Assembly: GCF_910588715.1 (NCBI RefSeq)
Contig: NZ_CAJURG010000004.1
Location: 60,627-124,626, forward strand
Length of the DNA: 64,000 nucleotides
Source: an uncultured Clostridium sp.
GTDB taxonomy: Bacteria; Bacillota; Clostridia; Clostridiales; Clostridiaceae
Direction of reading: 5' to 3'
Numbering within the stretch: position 1 is the first letter of the stretch; each line of letters begins with the position of its first letter. The notes under the pieces are model-generated. The model saw only the letters and a list, made by a program, of their open reading frames with translations. It did not search any database and was not told the DNA's origin. The position numbers and the translations under genes were made by a program. Of the stretch, positions 38,345 through 48,043 are shown piece by piece.

Positions 38345-39151
38345 TTATTTTTTTATAAACAATGTTCCAATTTCTTTTCCACCAATAATATCTAATAATA
38401 TTGATGGATTATCTCCATTAGCTAATATCATATTGCATCCTGAATTTATAGCTCTTTTTGCTGCTGTTAATTTTGTAGCCATCCCTCCAGTTCCATGAGA
38501 ACTTCCTGCACCACCTGCACAACCTTCTAGTGTTGGCGTAATTTCTTCTACTGTTTTTATAAGCTTTGAATTTTTGTTCTTTCTTGGATCTGAATCATAA
38601 AATCCATCTATATCAGATAATATAATTAATAAATCTGCTGATACTAATTCTGCAACTATTGCAGATAAATTATCATTATCACCAAATCTAACTATGTTTT
38701 CTATCTCATCTATAGAAACAGTATCATTTTCGTTAACTATTGGTATTATTCCATTTTTTATTAAAGTTTCAAATGTATTAACCACATTTTCTCTTATATG
38801 ATTATCTTCAACAACGTCTCTTGTTAAAAGAATTTGACCAACAACATGACTATACTCTCCAAAAAGCTTACTATATATATACATAAGTTCACATTGTCCT
38901 ACCGCTGCTACTGCTTGTTTTTCCTTTATGCTCTTTGGCTTTTCTTTTAATTTTAATTTATTAACTCCAACACCAATTGCTCCAGAGGAGACAAGTACAA
39001 TTTCCCTTCCTGAATTCATTAAGTCAGATAATACTCTTGTTAATTTTTCTATTCTTGTTAAGTTTATATTTCCATTATCATATATAAGAGTGGAAGTTCC
39101 AACTTTAACAACAATCCTTTTGCATCCCCTTATCTGATTTCTATAATTCAT
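38345..39151 (-). CDS. proB: Glutamate 5-kinase (short form, no PUA domain)
   Basis: 268 aa. VVKVGTSTL, SSGAIGVG and FGDNDNLSA motifs. Confidence 0.95.
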   Translation of the reverse strand: MNYRNQIRGCKRIVVKVGTSTLIYDNGNINLTRIEKLTRVLSDLMNSGREIVLVSSGAIGVGVNKLKLKEKPKSIKEKQAVAAVGQCELMYIYSKLFGEYSHVVGQILLTRDVVEDNHIRENVVNTFETLIKNGIIPIVNENDTVSIDEIENIVRFGDNDNLSAIVAELVSADLLIILSDIDGFYDSDPRKNKNSKLIKTVEEITPTLEGCAGGAGSSHGTGGMATKLTAAKRAINSGCNMILANGDNPSILLDIIGGKEIGTLFIKK

Positions 39152-39446
39152 TTTTTCAACCCCTAAATCTTAAATTATTATTTCTATTATTATAATTATC
39201 TTTATTCATCTATAATATAAAAATTCCCTTCATAATATATCAAACTAAATTCCTATTTAAATGATTTCTAAGAATAAAATTGAATAAAAAGTTTATAAAT
39301 TCCATTATTTCTGCATAAAAATTGAATTTTATAAGCTTTTTTAGATTTTTTATGCATAAAAACTATTGCTTTTTAACATTCTTGCATTTAAAATTAACAT
39401 AGATGAATAATTATAAATACTTATGTATAAATATAAAGGAGATAAA

Positions 39447-40826
39447 ATGGAGATTTCAAAATTAAAACCATTTAATGATAATAATAAAGTTACCTTAAAA
39501 GATAACTTAAAATTTATAATTCCTTCTATAATTGGTATCTTATTATTTATGATTCCAATAAAACATGAAGGTGATGTAACAATTCCAATTGCTATTTTCT
39601 CAGGAATGTTTGTAGATTTCCTTGGTAAATATCTGATATACATAATTGCTGGAATCTTAACAATATCAGCAACACTTAGTTTAATAACTACATTATTTAA
39701 ACCAAAGTTTATTACTAATAATAAGTTTTTAAACTCAATATTTAGTACTACTCCATTGTGGTTAACTGCTAGAGTTCTTGGTGGAATATTTGGAGTTCTT
39801 GCAACATTTCAAATAGGTCCTGAAATGATAATAAGTGCAGATACTGGCTCATTTGTATTAAACGATCTTTTAACTGTGTTATTTTCTATATTCTTATTTG
39901 CAGGATTATTCTTACCACTCCTACTTAACTTTGGGTTATTAGAGTTTTTTGGTGCTTTATTAACTAAAGTAATGAGACCTGTATTTAAATTGCCTGGTCG
40001 TTCATCAATTGACTGTATTACTTCTTGGTTGGGTGATGGTACTTTAGGAATAATGTTAACTAATAAGCAATATGAAGATGGATTTTATACAGAAAGAGAA
40101 GCTGCTACTATAAGTACAACATTCTCTGCGGTTTCAATTACTTTTAGTTTAGTTGTAATAAATACAGTTGGACTTGGAAATATGTTTATTCCATTTTATT
40201 TAACTGTTACTTTTGCTGGAATAGTTGCAGCCATAATAATTCCAAGAATTTATCCATTAACAAAAAAGAAAGATACTTATTATAATGGTAAAACTGAAAA
40301 AATAGATGAATCTATTCCTAAAGGATATAACTCTTTATCATGGGGATATGAACAAGCTATAATAAAAGCGAGAAAAAATTCTAGTGTAAAAGAATTTTTT
40401 GCTGATGGTGGTAAAAATGTTTTAGATATGTGGATTGGAGTTCTTCCTGTTGTTATGTGCATGGCAACAATAGCTCTTATAATAGCAACATATACTCCAG
40501 TATTTAAGATATTAGGTTTACCATTTGTTCCAATACTTCACTTATTACAAGTTCCAGAAGCACTTGCTGCTTCTCAAACATTAGTTGTTGGATTTGCTGA
40601 TATGCTTCTTCCTTCAGTTGTTGCTTCAACAACAATAACTAGTGAAATGACAAAATTTATAGTTGCTGCCGTATCTGTAACTCAACTTATATATATGTCT
40701 GAAGTTGGTGGAGTTTTGCTTGGTTCAAAGATTCCAGTAAATATAAAGGAATTAATAATAATATTTATAGAAAGAACTTTAATAACTTTACCTGTTATAG
40801 TTATAATTGCAAATTTCATATATTAA
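39447..40826 (+). CDS. YjiH-like nucleoside-recognition-domain membrane protein
   Basis: About 459 aa polytopic membrane protein. Start moved to ATG 39447 (AAGGAG RBS at 39436-39441). Confidence 0.65.
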   Translation: MEISKLKPFNDNNKVTLKDNLKFIIPSIIGILLFMIPIKHEGDVTIPIAIFSGMFVDFLGKYLIYIIAGILTISATLSLITTLFKPKFITNNKFLNSIFSTTPLWLTARVLGGIFGVLATFQIGPEMIISADTGSFVLNDLLTVLFSIFLFAGLFLPLLLNFGLLEFFGALLTKVMRPVFKLPGRSSIDCITSWLGDGTLGIMLTNKQYEDGFYTEREAATISTTFSAVSITFSLVVINTVGLGNMFIPFYLTVTFAGIVAAIIIPRIYPLTKKKDTYYNGKTEKIDESIPKGYNSLSWGYEQAIIKARKNSSVKEFFADGGKNVLDMWIGVLPVVMCMATIALIIATYTPVFKILGLPFVPILHLLQVPEALAASQTLVVGFADMLLPSVVASTTITSEMTKFIVAAVSVTQLIYMSEVGGVLLGSKIPVNIKELIIIFIERTLITLPVIVIIANFIY

Positions 40827-40857
40827 AAAAATGACTGGACAAATTCCAGTCATTTTT
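40826..40857 (+). terminator. Rho-independent terminator
   Basis: AAAAATGACTGGA-caaa-TTCCAGTCATTTTT. Confidence 0.8.
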
Positions 40858-40924
40858 ATTATATAAGATAAAAAATAGGAGCAAACTTAATGTTTAACTC
40901 CTTAATCCTTGATATGGTGACCTG

Positions 40925-40999
40925 TAGGGGGATCGAACCCCTGATTTCACCGTGAGAGGGTGACGTCTTTACCTCTTGACCAACAAGCCATTATTAATT
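40925..40999 (-). tRNA. tRNA-Glu (anticodon CUC), CCA encoded
   Basis: Hand-folded 75-nt cloverleaf. Acceptor GGCUUGU/ACAGGUC, anticodon stem UCACC/GGUGA with loop CUCUCAC, T-arm AGGGG-UUCGAUC-CCCCU, discriminator A plus CCA. D-arm GGUCAAGAGGUAAGAC is typical of tRNA-Glu. Confidence 0.8.
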
Positions 41000-41073
41000 T
41001 TTCTTTATAATATTAATATTACCATATTAAAGGAAAATATACTAGATATTTTTTCCATTTTAAAAATTAATTA

Positions 41074-42765
41074 TTATTTAATTTTTAAATTTCTAAATCT
41101 ATTATAAGCACTTAACAATTCTTGTTTTCTTACAATGGCAAGACTTCCGTATCCACCCTTTATATTATCAATATTAATAAGATTTTTATTTATCTCACTA
41201 ATAGCCTTATCTACAATTTCAATTAAAGTCAAATCTTTTCCCATTAATTTATTCTCAACATATTTCATTATCGCACCTATAGTATTTAATTGTTCACTAT
41301 CAACAATTTGTTCTACAGCTCTTAAATCTATATTTTCTCTATTAATAGAAATTCCATCTTTCCCCAAAGTTTTAATCTTAACTCCTTTAGGTCCACTTTC
41401 TATTGTTCCTTTAAGTAGCACTCTATTAAAATCTATATTAATATCTATATTTTTATTATGCTCTATATTCCCCTTGCTTAAATTCTTAGCTTTTTCTGTA
41501 ACCTCATATGGTTCGTAATTATCCATTTGAATAACTAAATCTGCAATATCAAAAAAATCTCCAGAACTACCTGCAACTAATATTGTAGATATCCCCTTTT
41601 GTTTATAAAGGCTTCTTGCAACATCAATAAATGGAGTTATTGGTTCCTTATCCTTTGCTACAAGCTTTTGCATAATTGTATCTCTAATCATGAAATTAGT
41701 AGCTGAAGTGTCTTCGTCAATTAAAAATACTCTTGTATTACTTTCAATTCCTTCAATAATATTAGCCGCTTGTGATGTGCTTCCACTTGCATTTTCCGTA
41801 TAAAATTTTATTGTATCCTTTCCATTAGGGAGATTATTTATAAATAATGAAATATCAGTTTTTGTTATTGCTCTTCCATCTTCAGCTCTAACCTTTAAAG
41901 CACTTTCATCTGTAATGACAAATTCTCTACCATCACCTTCAATATGATTATATATACCAAGCTCTAATGCTCTAAGAAGTGTAGACTTTCCATGATATCC
42001 ACCACCAACTATAAGAGTTATTCCTTCTCGTATCCCCATTCCCTTTATAATTCCTCTGTTAGGTGTATTAAATTCCACCTCTAAGTTTTTAGGTGAGATA
42101 AATTTTTTTCCATTCCTTAAGGGTCTTTGAGAAACTCCACTTTCACGTGGCAAAATAGAGTAATTTGCTACAAAAGCGACTAATCCTTTCTTTTTAATTT
42201 CTCCTCTAATAAATTCTTGATCTTCAACAAGCTTTATTCTTTCAATTAAGAATTTTGTATTTATATTTGTATATATTAAAGTATTTTTCACTATATTAGG
42301 TAAAACATTAAATAATATTTTTTCTAATTCTGCTGATAATACACTTCTTCCCCTTGCTGGAAATCCCACATAAAATCTAGCTTCAATTTTATCATCATCT
42401 ATTATTATTGAAGTTCTTTCTAATATTTGTTGAGAACATCTACTTATTTCTAAAACTCCACTTTTTCCTGAACCAAATATTTTTTCACTATATTTATGTA
42501 TATTTTTACTGAATAATCTAGTTAAAAAATCACATAAAGCAATTTTTTTATACTTCTCATTAAATAATTGCCTAGGAAATTTATTAATATCACTTTCTAT
42601 TATTATTCTTACCCTTGATGGTGATGCAAATGGATCACCTTGAACATGATCTATGCTTAATATATAATCATTAAACTTGTATTGACCTTCTAATTCTTTA
42701 TATGACTTATATCCCTTGCCATTTATTTTGTCTAAATCTCTTTTTAAATCATTTGAATTTTTCAT
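41074..42765 (-). CDS. ABC-class ATPase domain protein (COG3044-like)
   Basis: 563 aa soluble protein. P-loop GGGYHGKSTLLRAL and Walker-B-like VFLIDEDTSATNF. Confidence 0.75.
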   Translation of the reverse strand: MKNSNDLKRDLDKINGKGYKSYKELEGQYKFNDYILSIDHVQGDPFASPSRVRIIIESDINKFPRQLFNEKYKKIALCDFLTRLFSKNIHKYSEKIFGSGKSGVLEISRCSQQILERTSIIIDDDKIEARFYVGFPARGRSVLSAELEKILFNVLPNIVKNTLIYTNINTKFLIERIKLVEDQEFIRGEIKKKGLVAFVANYSILPRESGVSQRPLRNGKKFISPKNLEVEFNTPNRGIIKGMGIREGITLIVGGGYHGKSTLLRALELGIYNHIEGDGREFVITDESALKVRAEDGRAITKTDISLFINNLPNGKDTIKFYTENASGSTSQAANIIEGIESNTRVFLIDEDTSATNFMIRDTIMQKLVAKDKEPITPFIDVARSLYKQKGISTILVAGSSGDFFDIADLVIQMDNYEPYEVTEKAKNLSKGNIEHNKNIDINIDFNRVLLKGTIESGPKGVKIKTLGKDGISINRENIDLRAVEQIVDSEQLNTIGAIMKYVENKLMGKDLTLIEIVDKAISEINKNLINIDNIKGGYGSLAIVRKQELLSAYNRFRNLKIK

Positions 42766-42768
42766 ATT

Positions 42769-43341
42769 TTACTCCTGTTTTGAAAAAAATTCATCAATTA
42801 ATTTTTCGCTCATTCTTCTATACATATTACTCATGTTTACTAAAGAACATAACAATAAAAATCTTTTTTCAAATTCATCATTTAATAATTTATTTTTCTC
42901 AATCTTATCATCTATTTTTTTAATTTTGTTAATAACATCTTCTTTAAAATTACTTTCATCATTAATGCAATTTTCTAAGAAACAAGTATATAAATCTCTT
43001 AATGAATGTCTTTCTTCTTCTGGATTATCTATAATTTCTTCTAAAGAAGCTTTTATATCATTAATAGATAAAGCTCCTTTTAAATTATAAATTAAAGACA
43101 TTAATATTATATGTTCTTTTGAATATTTTTTATTTTTTATTGGTAATAATAATTTCCCTTTAGCATAATTATTAATCATTGTTTTAGTTAATATTTTTTC
43201 ATCTTCATTTCTTTTTTGTTCACTTAATTTTGATTCAAATAATTGAATTACTTGATCCATATATAAATCAATTTCTGGTATTTCATCTAGCTTTATATTA
43301 TTTTCTAAATTTAAATTATTTAATATTTCTAATATTTCCAT
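42769..43341 (-). CDS. DUF1836-like protein (putative DNA-binding)
   Basis: 190 aa. LTKTMINNYAKGKLLLP...KKYSKEHIILMSLIYNLK resembles the DUF1836 signature as I recall it. GGAGG RBS. Confidence 0.6.
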   Translation of the reverse strand: MEILEILNNLNLENNIKLDEIPEIDLYMDQVIQLFESKLSEQKRNEDEKILTKTMINNYAKGKLLLPIKNKKYSKEHIILMSLIYNLKGALSINDIKASLEEIIDNPEEERHSLRDLYTCFLENCINDESNFKEDVINKIKKIDDKIEKNKLLNDEFEKRFLLLCSLVNMSNMYRRMSEKLIDEFFSKQE

Positions 43342-43353
43342 AGAATCCTCCTA

Positions 43354-43370
43354 GTAGTTTTAAAAACTAC
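43354..43370. promoter_or_regulatory. Palindromic operator-like site 1: GTAGTTTT-A-AAAACTAC
   Basis: Perfect 8-1-8 palindrome, 13 nt upstream of the DUF1836-like start codon and downstream of a candidate promoter (TTGCAA, 17 nt spacer, TATTAT, 43392-43420, minus). Confidence 0.5.
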
Positions 43371-43516
43371 ATCTTGTAATTATCATATTTAATAATAATA
43401 GCATTTTCTAATATTTGCAAGAAAATTTAATCTAATTAATGATAATTTCCTTAAATCCCCTATTATAAACTTTGACTCTTTTGCACATATAATAAATAAT
43501 ATTAATATAATATCAT

Positions 43517-43533
43517 GTAGTTTCAAAAACTAC
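43517..43533. promoter_or_regulatory. Palindromic operator-like site 2: GTAGTTTC-A-AAAACTAC
   Basis: Near-identical copy of site 1 (22 of 25 nt identical including the flank ..CTACATnTTG). It begins 6 nt after a TATAAT (43506-43511) upstream of the hemolysin-III-family gene. Confidence 0.5.
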
Positions 43534-43558
43534 ATATTGAATGAGAGGTGTATATTAT

Positions 43559-44206
43559 ATGTATAAAAAATTAAGAGAACCTATTAATTCTATTACTCAT
43601 CTTGCAGGAGCTTTATTTTCATTAATTGCTTTAATAGCAATGTTAATTAAAGCTATATCAACAAATGCTTCTAGTGTTGGCATATTATCTGTTACTATTT
43701 TTGGAATTAGTTTAATTCTTTTATATATAACTTCTGGAACTTATCACGGAATAATTTCTAGCGATAAAGTAATTTCTATTTTTAAAAAATTAGACCATTC
43801 TATGATTTTTGTTTTAATTGCGGGATCTTATGCACCATTTTGCTTACTTACTATTGGTGGAAAATTTGGTGTTACTATGTTTATAATAATGATTACACTT
43901 GCTGTTTTAGGTATAATATTTAAACTTTGTTGGTTTACTTGCCCATGTTGGGTTGATAGCACAATGTATATTGGACTAGGATGGGCAGCTTTATTTATGA
44001 TTAAACCATTAGCTTCTATTTTACCTGCTATAAGTTTGTTTTTATTAGTTCTTGGCGGAATTTTTTATACAATTGGTGGAGTTATTTATGCTAGTAAATC
44101 TAAAAAATTAACTATTGGTAATTGGGGCTTTCATGAAATATTTCACATATTTATATTGCTTGGTAGTTTAAGTCATTTCATTTGTGTATATACTTATGTA
44201 ATATAA
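43559..44206 (+). CDS. Hemolysin III / PAQR family membrane protein
   Basis: Seven TM helices with N-terminal EPINSITHLAG, the HS..F motif (LDHSMIF) and C-terminal HEIFHIFIL. Start moved to ATG 43559. Confidence 0.9.
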   Translation: MYKKLREPINSITHLAGALFSLIALIAMLIKAISTNASSVGILSVTIFGISLILLYITSGTYHGIISSDKVISIFKKLDHSMIFVLIAGSYAPFCLLTIGGKFGVTMFIIMITLAVLGIIFKLCWFTCPCWVDSTMYIGLGWAALFMIKPLASILPAISLFLLVLGGIFYTIGGVIYASKSKKLTIGNWGFHEIFHIFILLGSLSHFICVYTYVI

Positions 44207-44234
44207 TCAAACTTATTTGAAAGGAAACCTAATT

Positions 44235-44450
44235 ATGATTAATCTTAATTTATATGAAGAAGGTATTGAAGCTGGAATAGAACAAGGGCAATATCTATTA
44301 TTAATTAAATTATTAAATAAAAAATTAGGAAGAATATCTAATAAATATCTTAATAAAATTCAAAATTTAGATAATAATAAAATTATCAAAATTGCATTAG
44401 ATATTTTTAATATAGAAAATACTGAAGATTTAAGTAAGTATTTAGTATAA
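44235..44450 (+). CDS. Stand-alone DUF4351-like fragment (C-terminal domain of Rpn/YhgA-type putative transposase/nuclease)
   Basis: EEGIEAGIEQGQYLLLIKLLNKKLGRISNKYLNKIQNLDNNKI..ALDIFNIENTEDLSKYL mirrors the E-G-x-x-E-G repeat plus LLxxLLxxRFG tail of Rpn-family C-termini. No nuclease domain lies upstream. Confidence 0.45.
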   Translation: MINLNLYEEGIEAGIEQGQYLLLIKLLNKKLGRISNKYLNKIQNLDNNKIIKIALDIFNIENTEDLSKYLV

Positions 44451-44461
44451 TTTTTTATTTT

Positions 44462-44503
44462 AAAAATGACTGTATTTAAATTAATTCAAATACAGTCATT
44501 TTT
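44462..44503 (+). terminator. Rho-independent terminator
   Basis: AAAAATGACTGTATTT-loop-AAATACAGTCATTTTT. Confidence 0.8.
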
Positions 44504-44677
44504 ACTTTTTATTACACTTTTTAATATTAAATCATTTTTTTCATATTAAATTTTTACAATGATTTTTTTTGAAAATTTCTCACTAATTCACTATCTTAAT
44601 ATTGTATATTTTCATGAAAATATAAAAACTTTATGTTATAATATCGAAAGAACAAGAAATGAAATGAGGTATGTTGA

Positions 44678-46267
44678 GTGATAAATGTTTTAAATGTAAG
44701 TTTAAGATTTGGGTCTCGTAAATTATTTGAAGATGTTAATATCAAGTTTACTCCTGGAAACTGCTATGGTGTTATTGGTGCTAACGGAGCGGGAAAATCT
44801 ACATTCTTAAAAATATTATCTGGAGAAGTTGAACCAAACACTGGTGAAGTAATAATTGCTCCAAATACAAGAATGTCTGTTTTAAGCCAAGACCATTATA
44901 AATATGATGAATTTCCTGTTTTAGAAACAGTTATAATGGGTAATGAAAGATTACATACTATAATGAAAGAAAAGGATGCTTTATATGCTAAACCTGACTT
45001 TTCAGATGAAGACGGAATTAAAGCGGCTGAATTAGAAGGTGAATTTGCAGAATTAAATGGTTGGGAAGCTGAGTCTGAAGCATCATCTTTATTACAAGGC
45101 TTAGGAATTGGAACTGATGCACACTATAAATTAATGTCTGAATTAACAGGAGCTGAAAAAGTTAAAGTATTACTTGCTCAAGCTTTATTTGGTAACCCTG
45201 GCATATTAATATTAGACGAGCCTACTAACCACTTAGATATTAAATCAATTAAATGGCTTCAATCTTTCTTAGGTGACTTTGAAGGTACAGTTATAGTTGT
45301 ATCACATGATAGACATTTCTTAAATGAAGTTTGTACTCACATGGCTGACGTTGACTTCGGTAAGATTAAACTTTATGTTGGTAACTATGATTTCTGGTAT
45401 GAATCAAGCCAATTAGCTACTCAAATGGCTAAGGATCAAAATAAGAAAAAAGAAGAAAAAATTAAAGAATTACAAGACTTCATTGCAAGATTTAGTGCTA
45501 ATGCTTCTAAATCTAAACAAGCAACATCTCGTAAAAAGTTATTAGAAAAAATTACTTTAGACGATATAGAACCGTCAAGCAGAAGATATCCATTTGTTGG
45601 ATTTAAACCTGAAAGAGAAGTTGGTAATGATATATTAGTAGTTGAAGGACTATCTAAAACTATTGATGGAGTTAAAGTTTTAGACAATGTAAGTTTTAGA
45701 GTAAATAAAGATGAAAAGATTGCTTTTGTAGGAAATGAAATTGCAATTACAACTTTATTTAAGATAATCAATGGAGAAATGGAACCAGATGCAGGTGAAT
45801 TCAAATGGGGTATTACTATAACTAAAGCATACTTCCCTAAAGATAACTCTGAATTCTTTAATGATTGTACATTAAGCTTAGTAGATTGGTTAAGACAATT
45901 CTCTGAAGAAAAATCTGAAAGTTATATTAGAGGATTCTTAGGAAGAATGTTATTCTCTGGAGAAGAAGCTTTAAAAGAAGCTAATGTATTATCTGGAGGA
46001 GAAAAGGTTAGATGTATGCTTTCTAGAATGATGCTTTCTAGTGCAAATGTATTAATTTTAGATGGACCTACTAACCACTTAGACCTTGAATCAATCACAG
46101 CTGTAAATAATGGATTAAAAGATTATAACAGTAATGTATTATTTGCTTCTCATGACCATCAATTTGTTCAAACAGTTGCAAATAGAATTATAAGAATAAA
46201 TGATGATGGATCTATATTTGATAGAACTATGACATATGATGAATTCTTAGAAAAATTCGGTGAATAG
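44678..46267 (+). CDS. ABC-F family ATPase (YbiT-like, translation-associated)
   Basis: 529 aa with two ABC cassettes (GANGAGKST / LTGAEKVK / LILDEPTNHLD, then LSGGEKVR / LILDGPTNHLD), no TM domain, and a Lys/Glu-rich linker. GTG start; extended -10 TGtTATAAT at 44634-44642. Confidence 0.9.
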   Translation: MINVLNVSLRFGSRKLFEDVNIKFTPGNCYGVIGANGAGKSTFLKILSGEVEPNTGEVIIAPNTRMSVLSQDHYKYDEFPVLETVIMGNERLHTIMKEKDALYAKPDFSDEDGIKAAELEGEFAELNGWEAESEASSLLQGLGIGTDAHYKLMSELTGAEKVKVLLAQALFGNPGILILDEPTNHLDIKSIKWLQSFLGDFEGTVIVVSHDRHFLNEVCTHMADVDFGKIKLYVGNYDFWYESSQLATQMAKDQNKKKEEKIKELQDFIARFSANASKSKQATSRKKLLEKITLDDIEPSSRRYPFVGFKPEREVGNDILVVEGLSKTIDGVKVLDNVSFRVNKDEKIAFVGNEIAITTLFKIINGEMEPDAGEFKWGITITKAYFPKDNSEFFNDCTLSLVDWLRQFSEEKSESYIRGFLGRMLFSGEEALKEANVLSGGEKVRCMLSRMMLSSANVLILDGPTNHLDLESITAVNNGLKDYNSNVLFASHDHQFVQTVANRIIRINDDGSIFDRTMTYDEFLEKFGE

Positions 46268-46310
46268 AAAAAATATCACTAGCAAATAAAATTTGCTAGT
46301 GATATTTTTT
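46268..46310 (+). terminator. Rho-independent terminator
   Basis: AAAAATATCACTAGCAAA-loop-TTTGCTAGTGATATTTTT. Confidence 0.85.
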
Positions 46311-46368
46311 ATTATTTTAATTAATCCTTATTTCTTATGCTACTTGTCCTTAAAATTAGTATATTATT

Positions 46369-46683
46369 TTAAAAACCATAATATACAGCTGAACCTACTG
46401 GATCATAAATAGCTACTGATGGTGTTTGTGCACTAACAGTTCCAGTTCCATAAACTCTTCCTGATTCCCTCATTTGACTACCAGAAAATACTCTTACATT
46501 TGTATAATGATACTGTTTTGCTTTTACAAATCCTGAAGCATAACAAACACCCGAAGATGTTTTAATAACTCTATGCCCCGAATCTTCTACTCTTCTATCT
46601 ATAGCCATTGCTGTAATTCCTATAGTAGAAAAGAAAGTTGCTGTTAATACTCCCAAAGTTAATTTTTTTAAATTCTTATTCAT
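46369..46683 (-). CDS. Small secreted protein, possibly lactococcin-972-family bacteriocin-like
   Basis: 104 aa with a Sec signal peptide ending AMA. The mature part of about 77 aa is beta-rich (..QYHYTNVRVFSGS...GRVYGTGTVSAQ...GSAVYYGF). Its spacing resembles Lcn972 (H-x-a-t-V ... A-G-x-W-A-x-A ... Y-Y near the C-terminus). GGGGGGA RBS. Confidence 0.4.
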   Translation of the reverse strand: MNKNLKKLTLGVLTATFFSTIGITAMAIDRRVEDSGHRVIKTSSGVCYASGFVKAKQYHYTNVRVFSGSQMRESGRVYGTGTVSAQTPSVAIYDPVGSAVYYGF

Positions 46684-46804
46684 GATTCCCCCCTAATATG
46701 TAATTTTTTACTATAATATTATACAATAATATACATATTATTGTAATTTTTTTCAAAAACATATAAAATTAATATATATTAATTTTACCAAGGGAGGTTA
46801 TCTA

Positions 46805-48043
46805 ATGCTTTTTTCAGTAAAAAAAATTAAATTCTATCAATTATTTCTTATAGTAATAATATTTGTACTTTTAATATTATTCAATTCCCTTCATAAGTCT
46901 GTGTCCTTACAATCTGAATTAAATTCATTAGATTCTGATAATGGATTTATTCAATTAAAAGATAATTATGATGGAAATAAAAATAATTTATCAATCTTTG
47001 AATTTTTTAATAAAAGTGGCTCATTAGAAAAAATGATGAACTTATATAATACAATTTCTAATGATAAAGATATTAAATACTATGAAATACTAACTCAACC
47101 ATTAGAATATATAGGTGAGTATAAAGGAGAGATTAAATTTACTCAAGGTGAGGAACTTATTAATCAAAAAATAGATAATAACTGTATAACTCCTTTAAAT
47201 TCTATACAAATAGGTGAAAAAGCAAGTGAATATTTACATTTATCTAATAATATTTTATATGGAGAGTATTTTTCAAAAGATGATTATTTATTAAATGATA
47301 CTCAAGAAGTTCCTGTTGTTTTAGGGAATTCCTATTTAGGCATTTATAACCTAGGAGATTCTTTTGAGTGTTATTACCTAGGAACAATGAAGTTAAAATT
47401 AAAAGTAATTGGTTTTTTGAAAGAAAATAGTAAATTTTCTTTAGAATATGAATATTTATTAGATAATGAAATTATTTTACCAGTGCTTAACATCAATGAT
47501 ACTTTGCTATTAAAAAATAAAGATTTCTCTAATATACTCTATTCTTTAAAAAATACTGGTTATATCCACTATACTAATAATGATGACTATAATTATATAA
47601 TAAATAAAATTAAAAACTTAGTTCAAGTTATTAATATAGATTGGGGTTATAGGGGTAAAGTAGACAACCCATTTAAAGAAAAACCTATTAATATATCTAT
47701 AGAAACAAGTAATAAACTTCGAATATTTGCCTATTTATTAACAATAATTTTATTTATATTAGTTTATTGTTTAGAAAAAAAATATTTATCTCTTTTAAAA
47801 TTTGATTCAAATAAAAGAAAATGTCTTATATTAAAAACTAAAATATTTTTCAAAGCTTTAATAACTGTGCTTATATTATATTTAATTTTATGTTTTATAC
47901 TATTATTTTTATTACAAAATACCCCTTTATATTTCGTAATAAAAAATGTTCAAATAGAACTTATTCCTATAATATTACTTTGTTTTATAGCTTTAACTTA
48001 TGTATGTAACTTAAATATAAAAAAATCAATAAAGGAGTGCTAA
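46805..48043 (+). CDS. Membrane protein with FtsX/MacB-like topology (TM1, extracytoplasmic domain of about 270 aa, 3 C-terminal TM helices)
   Basis: 412 aa with GGGAGG RBS. Topology inferred from hydrophobic stretches (res about 10-30, 305-325, 345-370, 385-405). No ATPase partner gene is adjacent. Confidence 0.6.
   Translation: MLFSVKKIKFYQLFLIVIIFVLLILFNSLHKSVSLQSELNSLDSDNGFIQLKDNYDGNKNNLSIFEFFNKSGSLEKMMNLYNTISNDKDIKYYEILTQPLEYIGEYKGEIKFTQGEELINQKIDNNCITPLNSIQIGEKASEYLHLSNNILYGEYFSKDDYLLNDTQEVPVVLGNSYLGIYNLGDSFECYYLGTMKLKLKVIGFLKENSKFSLEYEYLLDNEIILPVLNINDTLLLKNKDFSNILYSLKNTGYIHYTNNDDYNYIINKIKNLVQVINIDWGYRGKVDNPFKEKPINISIETSNKLRIFAYLLTIILFILVYCLEKKYLSLLKFDSNKRKCLILKTKIFFKALITVLILYLILCFILLFLLQNTPLYFVIKNVQIELIPIILLCFIALTYVCNLNIKKSIKEC

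Noticed and set aside
37863-38498. 211-aa plus-strand ORF spanning the proA/proB junction
   Set aside because: It is antisense to two strongly supported genes and crosses their intergenic gap. It reads as a Leu/Ser/Pro/Ile-rich low-complexity translation with no RBS.
39152-39349. Looked for a T-box or other leader upstream of proBA
   Set aside because: There is no GGUGGUACCGCG-like T-box sequence, specifier stem or terminator hairpin. The region is plain AT-rich promoter DNA.
39350-39643. 97-aa minus-strand ORF upstream of and overlapping the YjiH-like gene
   Set aside because: It overlaps the RBS and first 65 codons of the well-supported plus-strand membrane protein. It has no RBS, and its composition (Ile/Leu/Ser/Asn) is typical of antisense reading of AT-rich DNA.
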